Of a DNA stretch of 64,000 nt, positions 29,021 through 39,588 are shown piece by piece. Both the position numbers and the translations under genes were made by a program. This stretch comes from a virus (Duplodnaviria > Caudoviricetes): positions 1,126 through 65,125 of the IMG/VR virus record IMGVR_UViG_2541047088_000005, one strand, 5' to 3'. The notes under the pieces were generated by a model. The model saw only the letters and a list, made by a program, of their open reading frames with translations. It was not told the DNA's origin and searched no databases. Within the stretch, counting starts at the first letter, position 1. Each line of letters begins with the position of its first letter.

Positions 29021-30451
29021 CTAGTCCGAACTCGGTTTGGTTCTGCCGAGGTCAACTTCTATTTCTCTGATATAGCCACGGGAGACATATCTTATAACTA
29101 TAGACATTTTTTCAGTCATAATTATATCCTGTCCCTCTAGGACGGTAATTGTAGCCGAGGTTATTTCCTTCAGCTTGACCATATCATCAAGCGGAGTCTG
29201 CATGAATTTCGCTCTGGTCTCAAGTTCATTCTGAACATCCTCAAGGTCGATATCATCCTGAAGGAGCTGAAGAGCTTCCTTGCGTACTTCTCTGATGATT
29301 TTATTCTTAACACGAACATCTTCCGCATAGCGATAGTCAGAACCTTCAGGAGACATGACCCGTGCATTTGTAACAAAGAAGCTATCAAGTCCGTCATATG
29401 AACGGAATGTCAGATATTTTGCAGTATCAAGAAGCTCTATGTATTCCTCTATTCCATTTGGTCTCAGCTCAAGCATCTTTGTTTTGGATATTCCCATTCC
29501 AGAGGTATCCCTTGTCTTGCCTATACTCTGATGTACTTCCGACTTAGAATACAATCCGCATACTATTCCGGCGTTATTGATTTCTCTTGTTATACCATCC
29601 ATTCCTATGTAAAGCGAGCGTGCAGCGACAACCTGTATGTCGGTGTTTTTGACATCCTTTTTATCTGCTTCAAGTCTCTGGGCGTATGCTGAAACATTTT
29701 CATTATCATCTGGGGCATATGCTTCAAGCACAAAGAGGAGCGGTTTATGATAAGAAGTTGCAAGAACGACCTGTTGTTCTGATACTGCCGACCATAAAGC
29801 CTTTTGTGATTCCCCGACTATATGAACCAATTCATAATACTCATTGAAATACTTCAGCTTATCAATGGATGCAAGAGCGTCGCTATTGGTCATGGTAGGT
29901 GCAGTAGTTTTGAACTTGAATACATCTCCGACAAGAAATGATGTTTCAACGTCAGATTCCGCGCCTTCAGTAAAAGTAATTGTTAAGCCAGTTAATGGTA
30001 TTTCATATTGACCAGTCAAAGGCACTGTCAGTTCATCGGAATAGCTGTATCCGCCATCTATTGAGTATATAAATAATGCTGAATTTCTGCGGCCTTGTCC
30101 TGTAATTTTAATTATCACATTAAAAGCATTGTATGGGTTTCCACTAACCGACAAAGACCCTGAACCTGTTGCAATCTTTTCAACTGTGCTTCTGCTTCCT
30201 GCTGTAGAGGCAGAAACCGGGATACAATATATACGACTTGAACCATTTTCAATTGAATCCATAACCTTATCAGCAAGGGGACTCAACCCAAGTAATTCTT
30301 TAATTTTTGTTGCTGTCATGTTTCCAGTTATAACAATAGGAGTGTCAGAGATAACAGGGGAGACTCCTATTTTTAAATGTACTCCATCGCCCTTATTGGA
30401 ATTAAGACCAAGAAGGCCATCTGTTATGTTTGTTGTAACGTCTCTAAGCAA
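29021..30451 (-). CDS. Tail sheath protein (DUF2586-like)
   Basis: MLRDVTTNITDGLLG...SDYRYAEDVRVKNK. Confidence 0.8.
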   Translation of the reverse strand: MLRDVTTNITDGLLGLNSNKGDGVHLKIGVSPVISDTPIVITGNMTATKIKELLGLSPLADKVMDSIENGSSRIYCIPVSASTAGSRSTVEKIATGSGSLSVSGNPYNAFNVIIKITGQGRRNSALFIYSIDGGYSYSDELTVPLTGQYEIPLTGLTITFTEGAESDVETSFLVGDVFKFKTTAPTMTNSDALASIDKLKYFNEYYELVHIVGESQKALWSAVSEQQVVLATSYHKPLLFVLEAYAPDDNENVSAYAQRLEADKKDVKNTDIQVVAARSLYIGMDGITREINNAGIVCGLYSKSEVHQSIGKTRDTSGMGISKTKMLELRPNGIEEYIELLDTAKYLTFRSYDGLDSFFVTNARVMSPEGSDYRYAEDVRVKNKIIREVRKEALQLLQDDIDLEDVQNELETRAKFMQTPLDDMVKLKEITSATITVLEGQDIIMTEKMSIVIRYVSRGYIREIEVDLGRTKPSSD

Positions 30452-30667
30452 TTATTTCACCTTCTTTCCGATTGGAGTACCAGAGAAATTTTTAACTGCT
30501 GCATCGAATTCTTCCTCCTCCACCATCTTTCCTGACTTCCACCCTTGAGCAGCACATACACCGTTTAAAATTGGTGTTGGAATTTTCTTTTTTCTCTGAA
30601 GTTCATCAACGAGGAAGAGTGGAGCTGTAATTGTAGCCGATTCCTGTTGTTTTTCCTTTTCTGCCAT
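30452..30667 (-). CDS. Small hypothetical protein upstream of sheath
   Basis: In operon; GWKSGK...EEEFDAAV. Confidence 0.55.
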   Translation of the reverse strand: MAEKEKQQESATITAPLFLVDELQRKKKIPTPILNGVCAAQGWKSGKMVEEEEFDAAVKNFSGTPIGKKVK

Positions 30668-30680
30668 TTTGAGTCTCCTT

Positions 30681-31169
30681 TCATTTCTTTACCGATTCAA
30701 TCACCACATCCGAAATCTTTACAAAGTCTGAGTCTTTATATACGCCACCTAAAAACTTAACCTTAAAATTAACTGCAACCTTTGCCTTGAGTATACTGTC
30801 ATCGTCGTCAACCCATTCTGCCTCCTCAACTTGGATGGGAGTATAGTCTCCATTGATATAAATTCCTGAATCAATGATTCTTAGAAACGCTTCAAATATC
30901 GTTTCAGTTTTCGTTGGGTCTGGGTCTCCTATTATCACACTGAAGGTTGTCTCTCGGGAGAAAATCTTTCGCCTCTTATGTCGTTCACCTGTTTGGTCAC
31001 TGAATATAGTTTTTGTGCCGCTTCGGTTGAAAGACTCCTCCTCAAAGAGTACAGCCCCAACATGAGTCTCTTGAGAGGCCCTAAGTCTCTTCATGCTAGT
31101 GTAGGGTTTTGAATGGATTCCTGCTTCCTTTAGCTTTGTTAATAGGTATTCTCTGCATTCTGTAAACAT
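30681..31169 (-). CDS. Tail terminator-like protein (Mu gp37-like)
   Basis: Position between neck genes and sheath. Confidence 0.5.
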   Translation of the reverse strand: MFTECREYLLTKLKEAGIHSKPYTSMKRLRASQETHVGAVLFEEESFNRSGTKTIFSDQTGERHKRRKIFSRETTFSVIIGDPDPTKTETIFEAFLRIIDSGIYINGDYTPIQVEEAEWVDDDDSILKAKVAVNFKVKFLGGVYKDSDFVKISDVVIESVKK

Positions 31170-31171
31170 TG

Positions 31172-31671
31172 CTAATCCTCCATAAAATAATCCTCAAGAG
31201 TTCCCCTGATTTCTTCAATGTCTTCATCGCTCAGACCGAGGAAGGGGCGGGCAGGAATATTTACTCTCACATTTACTTGTTTTTTTCGTATCCAACGACC
31301 TTCCATTTGGAAAACAAGGCCCTTTGATGTCTTGGCCCGGATGGTGATACGTCTATTCTTTGCACCTAGTTGCTGAGTTGCTGCATAAATTTTATTAGTA
31401 CCAACCGTAAAACCTGAAGCATCGGACTTTGACTTGATAGAGTTCTTCAGGCCAGCACTTACAACCAGAGTGACACCGCCTTCCTGCTCAGCCCGGATTG
31501 ATTTCTTCCACTTCTTTCCGTCCGGGTCTTTTCGGTTCGGAACCGTTCTACGGTTGAACCTCTGACAGCCTCAGCAATAGTATCATTAATACCCTTTTTG
31601 TCGATTTCCTTGAGTTGTCTCATTCGGTTTATCAATCTTCGTGTATCACCATCAAGGCGTATACTGTACAT
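31172..31671 (-). pseudogene. Virion morphogenesis protein (Mu gpG-like), frameshifted near 31530
   Basis: One missing base in GAAAA; other frame gives DPDGKKW...VGTNKIYAATQQLG...IPARPFLG. Confidence 0.8.
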
Positions 31672-31672
31672 T

Positions 31673-32122
31673 TCACATCCCCCTCAGTTGGTTCCGTGAG
31701 AATAGGCGAGGATTAGATGAAACTGAAAAGCCCGTTTTTGCTGCCTGAGTTGTATTTACCTTTCCGATTTCAACCTTTCCATCAGCAAGCAGTTCAAAGA
31801 ACCTAATTGCTGCTTTATACCTGTTGAGATAGTTCTTTTCTCTGTCGCTTTCATCTATGCCTATTCGTGAATATAAGTTATAAACGGTAATGTCCTTGGC
31901 GAACTTGTTAATGACTTGAGGGACAGGAAATAGAGGAAGTGAGTATCTTTTTGCGATATATCCGTCAATCTCTGCCTCAGCGTCAGTTATTGCACCTTCG
32001 ATGATAGGAACGATTTTTGCTTCACGCTCTGCAACATCCTCTATGTATTCACTGCCAATTATTGTGTTCAGAGCGTCATCCTTTAACATTCCTCGAACTT
32101 CTCCAACTGTACAGTAAGTCAT
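31673..32122 (-). CDS. Mu gp36/DUF1320-like head-tail connector
   Basis: AITDAEAEIDGYIAKRYSLPL...RYKAAIRFF. Confidence 0.85.
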   Translation of the reverse strand: MTYCTVGEVRGMLKDDALNTIIGSEYIEDVAEREAKIVPIIEGAITDAEAEIDGYIAKRYSLPLFPVPQVINKFAKDITVYNLYSRIGIDESDREKNYLNRYKAAIRFFELLADGKVEIGKVNTTQAAKTGFSVSSNPRLFSRNQLRGM

Positions 32123-32135
32123 TTCGCATCATCCT

Positions 32136-33023
32136 TTACTCTTTCTCACCAGTGCTTCCGTAAGCCATCTGCCAAAAACCATATCCTGCATTTGCTCTTC
32201 CATCGACACCATAAAGGAATTGCTTTTTCATAAATACATTAGTATCTGCGTCATTTACCATAGCAACAAATTGAGGTGCCTTTCTTTCTTGGTAAATAAG
32301 CGGTTTTAAAGGTCTTGAAGTACAAAGGAGATACCACTGAGTGTCCGCTCCTGCAAGCTCAGGAACAACAAGTAATTCCGCTGTATCCTTGTATATGTTG
32401 GTTGTGCCATCAATTTCATCGGCAAGAAGTATCTTTCTTCCGTTTGCTTCTTCATTTGGAGCTACAACAAGAAGGTCTGGAATTAACTTCAAGCTTTTAC
32501 CGTTTTCATCTGTGAGTGACATCATGGAGCTTCTGGCTGCTCCATATGAAGTCGGGGAAAGTTTTTTGTCCCCTTTGTTGCTGACTGTCTTTTTTCCAAC
32601 CTTATGAGCGTCGGAGAAAAACGGTTGCCCGTCGTAGCACTTGTTTACAAATCCATTCTTTAGTAGTGTAAAAACAAGGTCATCCGGGAAAGTAACAGCA
32701 CTCTGACCTATATCCTGAATGGCCGGAGTGTATAATCCAACCTTATCGTCTTCAATGTCGTTACGGTCTACACCAATCGTAAGCTCAAAATCCTTGTTTT
32801 TGATAGTGTAGTCACTTGCACTCAAATTCTGAATCTGTCGGTCTCCAATCCATTCTCGCATTCTTGGTATCATACCGAGCCATTTGTAACTTTCTTCTCC
32901 TGCCTCTGAAGGAACTTTTGTTGCCACCCTGTCCCAGAGAGTTTTTGATTGGTCGAAAGCTTTGGCAAAAATAGTTTTAAAACCTGTAAAAATACCTCTT
33001 AAAGATTGTTGATTAACTATCAT
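32136..33023 (-). CDS. Mu-like major capsid protein (gpT)
   Basis: YKWLGMIPRMREWIGDR, CYDGQPFFS, YGFWQMAYGS. Confidence 0.9.
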   Translation of the reverse strand: MIVNQQSLRGIFTGFKTIFAKAFDQSKTLWDRVATKVPSEAGEESYKWLGMIPRMREWIGDRQIQNLSASDYTIKNKDFELTIGVDRNDIEDDKVGLYTPAIQDIGQSAVTFPDDLVFTLLKNGFVNKCYDGQPFFSDAHKVGKKTVSNKGDKKLSPTSYGAARSSMMSLTDENGKSLKLIPDLLVVAPNEEANGRKILLADEIDGTTNIYKDTAELLVVPELAGADTQWYLLCTSRPLKPLIYQERKAPQFVAMVNDADTNVFMKKQFLYGVDGRANAGYGFWQMAYGSTGEKE

Positions 33024-33047
33024 AGTTAATGATTCCTCCTGTTTTTA

Positions 33048-33461
33048 TTAAAGAGTTTCAACGGTAACACTGCCGTCGTCTGATACTGCAAGTACTTTTC
33101 CTGCCCGAGAGCTACCTGTTGCTAATGCTGTTACAGTGCAGTCATCTTCAATGTAGCAGTCCTTCAGGACATGTTCGGGTTTAACCTTGTTAGCTTCTGT
33201 AATTGTGTTGTCCCAAACAAAAGCACCTCTTTTAACCTTAACAGTCAAGTCTCCATCTACACCGTTTCTGTTATCAACGTACTCCTCAGCACGGCCTGCC
33301 GCTGTTAATCCTTCGGCTTTGGTTGCAGCCTCTGCGTAACCTGTTGCATTTAGTACAACTAGACTACCATCAAAAATGACTGCTCCTGCTGCAACCGGAA
33401 GAACAATACTCTGTCCATTCAAAAGTAGCTCTGCTGTATTTCTTCCTGCTGATAATGCCAT
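33048..33461 (-). CDS. Head decoration/packaging-associated protein
   Basis: Between I protease and capsid gene; VAAGAVIFDGSLV. Confidence 0.55.
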   Translation of the reverse strand: MALSAGRNTAELLLNGQSIVLPVAAGAVIFDGSLVVLNATGYAEAATKAEGLTAAGRAEEYVDNRNGVDGDLTVKVKRGAFVWDNTITEANKVKPEHVLKDCYIEDDCTVTALATGSSRAGKVLAVSDDGSVTVETL

Positions 33462-33462
33462 G

Positions 33463-34497
33463 TTATCTCACGTCCTTTCCATATTTTTTAAGGTCTTCTT
33501 CACCTACGCCGAGCTGCTTGCAAATACGCAATGTTGCTTCATCAAAGCTATCCTCTTTGTTAGCCTTTGTCTCAATTTCAAGTTCACCCATAGGAACACC
33601 TTGAGGGGCTTTCTCAACAAAAGACTTGAAGCCCTCCGGGTCTTTCAAAGCGTACTCTGTAGCCCAATCCTTTTGAGCCGGAGTAAGTTTCCCCGCTTTA
33701 AGGGCCATAAGTACAGCATCATCCGCATCCCTCTGGGCGAGTCTTTCCTTGAGTGCTTTAAACTCAGTTTCAATGGTGTTCGAAGTATTTGTGTTCTTCA
33801 AGGCTATAATTGCAGCAGCCACATCTTCAGTCTTAGCTCCTGCTTTAAGTCCCAACATCTCACAAATGACCTTATTTGCTACAACCTTACCCTCGGCTTC
33901 AGTATTTACAGCCTTTTCTTTAAGCTTTTTTGCATCCTCAACGAGGGCCTTTAATGCTTCGATGACCTGTTCTTCGGTTGCATCCTCGCCGAGTCCCAAA
34001 AGAGCTGCAAGCTGTTTTAAAATATTCATACTGTTTCCTCCTTCATAATCCTCAATTTCGATAGAATTTATTATTGGGAACATTCCGTCAATGGCGGGTG
34101 TGTTCGTCAATGCGACTGAATGCAAAACTATTGCCTTACTGTCTTTTTTTCTAACAAGTACAACGGGTGAGAGATAACGGTATTCTTTATTTTCAAGGTA
34201 CTGTTTTCCCTTTGGAGTCCATTCTACCTTTGCCACAATTGCTCCGTCCTCGAGGGATAAGTCTTTAATCCATCCGCCCGCCGGAGCTTGTACGTCTTCA
34301 AGTGTTTGGTGCTCATAATCAATCACAATGTCGATACCCCGTTCCTGAAATGTCTGTTTCATCAGACGGAAGCTTTCCTCGTCAACATTGAAGTCACCCT
34401 TTTGGCTTTTAACGTGTCCAATAGGAAGTATCTTTATTTTTCCGGGAGCTCCGTTTATTTCCGATTGGCTACCGCTACAAACAAATAATTTTGCCAT
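33463..34497 (-). CDS. Mu gpI-like protease/scaffold
   Basis: VIDYEHQT, APAGGWI, EYRYLSPV, VALTNTPAI. Confidence 0.9.
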   Translation of the reverse strand: MAKLFVCSGSQSEINGAPGKIKILPIGHVKSQKGDFNVDEESFRLMKQTFQERGIDIVIDYEHQTLEDVQAPAGGWIKDLSLEDGAIVAKVEWTPKGKQYLENKEYRYLSPVVLVRKKDSKAIVLHSVALTNTPAIDGMFPIINSIEIEDYEGGNSMNILKQLAALLGLGEDATEEQVIEALKALVEDAKKLKEKAVNTEAEGKVVANKVICEMLGLKAGAKTEDVAAAIIALKNTNTSNTIETEFKALKERLAQRDADDAVLMALKAGKLTPAQKDWATEYALKDPEGFKSFVEKAPQGVPMGELEIETKANKEDSFDEATLRICKQLGVGEEDLKKYGKDVR

Positions 34498-34544
34498 TTA
34501 CTCACCTCTAACAATCATAATGTGTATTTATTCGCCGTTAACCC

Positions 34545-34564
34545 CGTTAGCACGCGTGCTAACG
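34545..34564. promoter_or_regulatory. Perfect 20-bp palindrome near the centre of the Mu-like genome
   Basis: CGTTAGCACG|CGTGCTAACG in the intergenic gap upstream of gpI. Confidence 0.6.
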
Positions 34565-34640
34565 CATGATATTTTGATAAGTGGGAAAATTACCCTCTTA
34601 CTATTTTTAAATACTCTACAGGTCTTTTAAACTCCAATAT

Positions 34641-35381
34641 CTACTTTTTACCTTTTACCTGTTTGTTGTATGCTTTCACAAGTGTTTCAGGATATCCTTT
34701 GAGGTCAGGAGTAAATGGCACCTTTGCCGGATTAGTTTGGAATCTCGGGTCAGGTATGACATTTACAAAGCGACCGTCCTGAAGCTGTGCAGCCTTGGGA
34801 ATCTCATTTTCTATTGTCAGGTTCTGCTGTTCGACTTGTCTCCTTGAAAGCGAGCGAACCGTGCAACGACAACGAAATCCATTCGGTGGATACCATACAT
34901 CCCAAACAGGGGAGTCTGCCGGAAAAACTTTTCCATCCATAGCCAAATGGGAAGGGCGAGTATGAGTATCGTTTACAGCGTCATATATCCAATAGGGGCG
35001 AAGCTTCAAAACATCCGGGTCTGTCATTTGCCTGTAGTGTCCAACTTGGTAAGCTGCTTGTGTGTTTGTTCTGAAAATATTGTCCGCCTGAAAATTTGTT
35101 ATTCCTTCGTAACCTTCAATTTCAAGGAATTCGTTCATCTTGTCCCTGAAGCTCTGCATAGTCTCTCCATCCTTGATGGCCCGGAGAAGCTCGTCATGAA
35201 ACTTTTTGAGGACTTGAACCTTTGTATATCCTGAGACAGTGAAGGCGAGAGTTTGATACTCTGCTGAAAGTTCATAGAACTGCTTCATTGTTATAGGAAT
35301 TTTCCCTTTGAAGTAATCAACTGCTTCCTCAAAGGTCATCTCTTTATTCAGAGAGATAATGCTTTCAATGTCATCCATCAT
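34641..35381 (-). CDS. Mu gpF-like minor head protein
   Basis: IFRTNTQAAY, DTHTRPSH, YPPNGFRCRC. Confidence 0.88.
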   Translation of the reverse strand: MMDDIESIISLNKEMTFEEAVDYFKGKIPITMKQFYELSAEYQTLAFTVSGYTKVQVLKKFHDELLRAIKDGETMQSFRDKMNEFLEIEGYEGITNFQADNIFRTNTQAAYQVGHYRQMTDPDVLKLRPYWIYDAVNDTHTRPSHLAMDGKVFPADSPVWDVWYPPNGFRCRCTVRSLSRRQVEQQNLTIENEIPKAAQLQDGRFVNVIPDPRFQTNPAKVPFTPDLKGYPETLVKAYNKQVKGKK

Positions 35382-36936
35382 TCGTCACCTGCCCTGAAAG
35401 GTCTGCTACAAGCATTGCCCTTTGAAGGAGCTCCTCAATGTCTCTGACATCCATATCCTCTGCAAGCTTAGTTACAAGCTGTTCGTTTTCAAACAGTTTC
35501 TTAACCTCGTCAAGGTCTTCAGCATTGTCAAGCATCTTGAGAACAGGGGCAAAAAGCTTTTGAAATAAGCCTGAGCTTTTCCTTGTCACCACTGTTGCAA
35601 GGTTATCAATGTGCTTCTGTGTTCCAAGTTCTTCTTTGGCTGTCTCCTTATTGGCTATTAATTGTGTCCTTTGTTTCATCGGAAGTGGAAAGCTTGTTCC
35701 GTTACTTGGAGTAGCAACCTCCTCGCCATTCTCCGGCTTTGGAATAGAAAATTTCTTGTAAAGGTGAGCAGTCGGAACCTTGAGGCCAATGTCACAAATA
35801 AGCTGTTTATATATCCCAACCGTTTCCTTCTGGTCTTCAGCTTCTTCACAGTCATACCGTATATATGGAATTCGTCTGTCTTCTCCGAAGTTGAATAGAA
35901 CAAGTGGACGTATAATATCCCTTCGCAATGTAGCAGCAAGAGCCTTGCAGTCTGCGACCGTCAGGTCGTGTCTTACTTCATTATGCGTCTTTGACTGTGC
36001 GAAGCTTCCACCGCCGCTATCTGAAGTAAGTGTCTGACCGAGAATTGCCTTTGACATTTGCTCGTCACAGTACCGGGCAAGTCTCTCGTATACATCTGTA
36101 CTTGAAGTCTTTGCAGCTTCTTTAAAATCAATTTCCGTTCCGTCTGGGATTATTCCCGCTGCATCAGTGCCAATTTGAATAAGGGCTTGCATCAGTGCTT
36201 TTTTATCATCTTCACTTGAACCTTGAGCATATTTGCCAAGTCTAAGCGGCATCCCGAATATTTCGCAAAAACTGACCCAATCTTTAAGGTCATAGTTTTT
36301 GAACAAATACATCCAAGCAACTACCCTGAGTACTCCTGCTCTGGATGGATGTCCGCTGCGAGCTTTGTACCTATGAACTATGAATTTGTTCTCAGGGATA
36401 TGAATACCACTTGGTGACTCCTTTGTTATAACTTTGAAGTCATCGTTATAATCCCAAAAGAAACGTTTTTGATATCTACTCTTAATGTCTTTAATTACGG
36501 TATTCCCATTGTCATAGTCCCATATGATTTCAGATACTGAGAAACCTTTACCTATTGCATCGAGTAAGTCCATTTGAACATCCTCAAAGTTTTCAATGCT
36601 TTTGATTTCCTGTGCAACAAACTCAGCAATTTGTTTGTCACGTTCATCATCAGCGTCAAAAGGAATAATCTCATAGTCAAGGCCAGTGACAGCATTTTTT
36701 CGAGTCTGAAGCTGACTAAAGAGGTGAGGGTCTTTCTCTTCCATTTCTTCAAAAAGCTCCATCTGACGAAGTACATCCCCAGAGTCGGCTTCCCTGAAAA
36801 TATTTGCAAGTTTAACAGGTGTGAGGCCGTTGCTTGGATAGTCAGAATATTTGTCCTGAACTTGAGCAACTGCAATCTCAGTCAAGTCTGGCCTCTTGGG
36901 AGTAACCACTTTTAATCTTTTCTGAACTTTTTTCAT
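35371..36936 (-). CDS. Mu gp29/DUF935 portal protein
   Basis: MEEKDPHL, FCEIFGMPLRLGKY, SKAILGQTLTS. Confidence 0.9.
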   Translation of the reverse strand: MKKVQKRLKVVTPKRPDLTEIAVAQVQDKYSDYPSNGLTPVKLANIFREADSGDVLRQMELFEEMEEKDPHLFSQLQTRKNAVTGLDYEIIPFDADDERDKQIAEFVAQEIKSIENFEDVQMDLLDAIGKGFSVSEIIWDYDNGNTVIKDIKSRYQKRFFWDYNDDFKVITKESPSGIHIPENKFIVHRYKARSGHPSRAGVLRVVAWMYLFKNYDLKDWVSFCEIFGMPLRLGKYAQGSSEDDKKALMQALIQIGTDAAGIIPDGTEIDFKEAAKTSSTDVYERLARYCDEQMSKAILGQTLTSDSGGGSFAQSKTHNEVRHDLTVADCKALAATLRRDIIRPLVLFNFGEDRRIPYIRYDCEEAEDQKETVGIYKQLICDIGLKVPTAHLYKKFSIPKPENGEEVATPSNGTSFPLPMKQRTQLIANKETAKEELGTQKHIDNLATVVTRKSSGLFQKLFAPVLKMLDNAEDLDEVKKLFENEQLVTKLAEDMDVRDIEELLQRAMLVADLSGQVTNDG

Positions 36937-36948
36937 CGTTTCACCCCT

Positions 36949-38717
36949 TTAATATGAGCCACTCCTAAATTTAAGAGCTCTGCTGATTACCGACTTATAA
37001 TCAACCTTAGTTCCTATTTTTACAGATAATGCGAGCTTAACAGCCATTTCCAATCCATCAGGGCCATCGTCATTCTTGCCCATAGGATACTCAAACATTT
37101 GTTTTAAAAGTGCTTTATGCTTCTTACTAAATTTTATATAGCCGTTTTTAATAAATGGTTGTAAACTCTGTATTCTGGCATCCTTATTTTGTGTACTGTT
37201 GATTTCCTCTATTGGGAGAAACTCTCCAACCTCAGCAGATTTTTGTCTCATAATCTCTGCAAAGTAATATTGAAACTGCACTGCTTCGACTCCAAACTTA
37301 TAATAAGGCCGCTTGTATTCTCGCTTGAGTCGCTTGGATGCTTCGATTGCATCGTCAATTATCTTGTCAGGCTTTCGCTTTTCAATATCTGCTATGACCA
37401 CATACATGAATCCAGTTTTTATATCTTTTGCAAGTGCAAATATTGAGGATGTATCAGACTTCTTATTCTTACCAAGCGACGGGTCATTAGAGCCAATGAA
37501 CAAAAATTTTGTATCCGAGAAGTCAGGTACAGTTTTTCCGTCGTCATCATAGAAGTCAAACCACTCTTCCTGAAATGAACAACTTTCTGGGTCAATAGGG
37601 TCGTTCTGAATTTCAGAATTGAATGAAGCTTCTCCTTCAGATACACGAATAACCATAAGGTCGTAGTAACTGAGCTTAGCTTCCCATAGCACCTCAGTGC
37701 CTTCAAGCATCTCTTCACGATTAGCCTCAAAGAACTCCTTAGCGTCTTCCTGTCTGTTCTCATTTGCAAGGTTGGTATAGATTCTTTCCCAAGCGTCCCA
37801 TAATGTGTCATCGGTTGCAAAACTTATAACACCACGGTATTTTACAGTTTTATAGCTTGGGTTGTTTGCAACATTTGCAAGTAAGGCGTCAAAGTGGAGG
37901 AGGGTTCCGATATACACAATGTCGGTGTAAGTGTCTCCTGCTTTTGACACTGCTTTATAGAACCAGTTCCGAAGCTTCTTTCTCTGCTCAGGTGTATTGA
38001 CATTCTCGTCATTTTAAGGTCATCACAGATAATAAGGTCGGGACGCCATTGCTTATGACGACGACCACGGATTTTCTTACCGCTGCCGATTGCTTCAATC
38101 TTTACTCCGTTTGATAAGAGGATTATTCCTGCTTTCCAAACCTTGCCTTGGCATATTTCAAAATCCTCCCGGATAGCTGCATTCTCTTCGTACTCTGTTT
38201 TGATATCTGTCAGAAATCCTTCTGCTTGGTCAGAGCTGTCCGAAAGTATAATGACATAATGCTTGTATGCATAGACTGAAGCATGAAGCGTATCCTTAAA
38301 GGTGAATGTCGTAGACTTAGCGTGTCCACGTGGAGCTTCTATCGCTCTCCTGCATCCTTCAGCCCGGGAGATTTCTTTTGCATCCCGGATTGCGTTCTTA
38401 TCCTTCATTACACCGACTTCCCATATGTTATCAAGCTCATTATGAAACTTCGGTGATTCCCTGACAAAATAGTGGGGAAGGTAAGCCCTACCAAAATATT
38501 CAAGGTCAAATGCTCCGAGACGTTTTCTCAATCCCTTCGGGCCTGCAAGTTCAGCTCCGTTATGAAACTCCTTCAGGAGCTGCTCCCGTTCTTCCTTGTG
38601 TTTTCCTTCCCGTGTTGCGTATTTCTCGAAGAGCTCACGCTGATATTGTCGGTTTGCAACCTCCTCACGGTCTTCAGGCTCCTCAAGCTTTTCGATGTAT
38701 TCCTTCAGGTTAATCAT
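36949..38717 (-). pseudogene. Terminase large subunit (Mu-like), frameshifted at 38015/38016
   Basis: APRGHAKST Walker A; DDL[E]ND broken by a missing G; GKNDDGPDG in the downstream frame. Confidence 0.85.
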
Positions 38718-39270
38718 CTGTCAGTATCCGGTCGCGGGCCTTTTGGAGGACTGCGTGTAGCTCTTTTGAAAGCTGCGGGTCTGCCTTGATTGCCTTTAAA
38801 AGGTCTTCCTCAAGGGCCTCAAAGGCGAGCTCCATCTTACTTTTATAATCTCGTTTGACCTTCTGCTCATAAACTCCCACACGGGAAAGGGAAGCTATAA
38901 GCTTTCCGGCTTTATCAAGTGGCATTTCTGCAAAGTCATCCTCTGCTGTAGACACCCTTTGCATTAGGCCGTCCATCAAAACCATTCTTGATGCCTTTGT
39001 GAAGTCAAGGTCTGGATTTTTTTCGACGGCTGCGGCTATTGCTTTTGTCCTTTCTAGTGTCTCAGCAACACGCTGAGCAGCTTGATTGGCTCTTATCGCA
39101 TAGCGACCGACTGCACTTTTGCTTATGTTGAAGCCTTCGCCTTTGAGCCACTTTGCAATATCATCATATGTGTTAGAAGTATCAAGGAGTTGTGCATCTA
39201 GCTGCTCCTTAATATCTTCAGGTAGCTGTGTAATCTTTGAGTTAACTCTTGTTCGTCTTCTCTCAGCCAT
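38710..39270 (-). CDS. DUF3486/Mu gp27-like small terminase candidate
   Basis: SKITQLPEDIK...ISKSAVGRY; upstream of TerL. Confidence 0.75.
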   Translation of the reverse strand: MAERRRTRVNSKITQLPEDIKEQLDAQLLDTSNTYDDIAKWLKGEGFNISKSAVGRYAIRANQAAQRVAETLERTKAIAAAVEKNPDLDFTKASRMVLMDGLMQRVSTAEDDFAEMPLDKAGKLIASLSRVGVYEQKVKRDYKSKMELAFEALEEDLLKAIKADPQLSKELHAVLQKARDRILTDD

Positions 39271-39584
39271 TACACATCAACTCCCGCGTCTTCGATTGTG
39301 GATTCAACAAGGTCAACGCCTTTTTTGGTTAGTTTTATAACTGCATCCTTGCGATACGCATTATATGCATTAACTGCCTTATCCACAAAAGTGATATATC
39401 CGCCTTCCAATAGATAATCAAGCGGCTTACTGATGTCAGGGGAGACAATCATCCCATCAGCGACCAGTGCGTTTGTTATCTGTCTCAAGAGAAGTGTGTT
39501 CTGATGACCTTTAACGAGGCTGCGGATAATGTAACCACGAATAGCTTTGTTGCGGCTTACCTCAAGCTCGCTCATATCGTCCAT
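39270..39584 (-). CDS. Winged-helix hypothetical protein (Mu gp26-like position)
   Basis: LDYLLEGGYI...IKLTKKGVDLVE. Confidence 0.55.
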   Translation of the reverse strand: MDDMSELEVSRNKAIRGYIIRSLVKGHQNTLLLRQITNALVADGMIVSPDISKPLDYLLEGGYITFVDKAVNAYNAYRKDAVIKLTKKGVDLVESTIEDAGVDV

Positions 39585-39588
39585 GATG

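Noticed and set aside
33376-33954. 192-aa plus-strand ORF and many similar antisense ORFs in the track
   Set aside because: They lie opposite well-supported structural genes and have no recognisable domains
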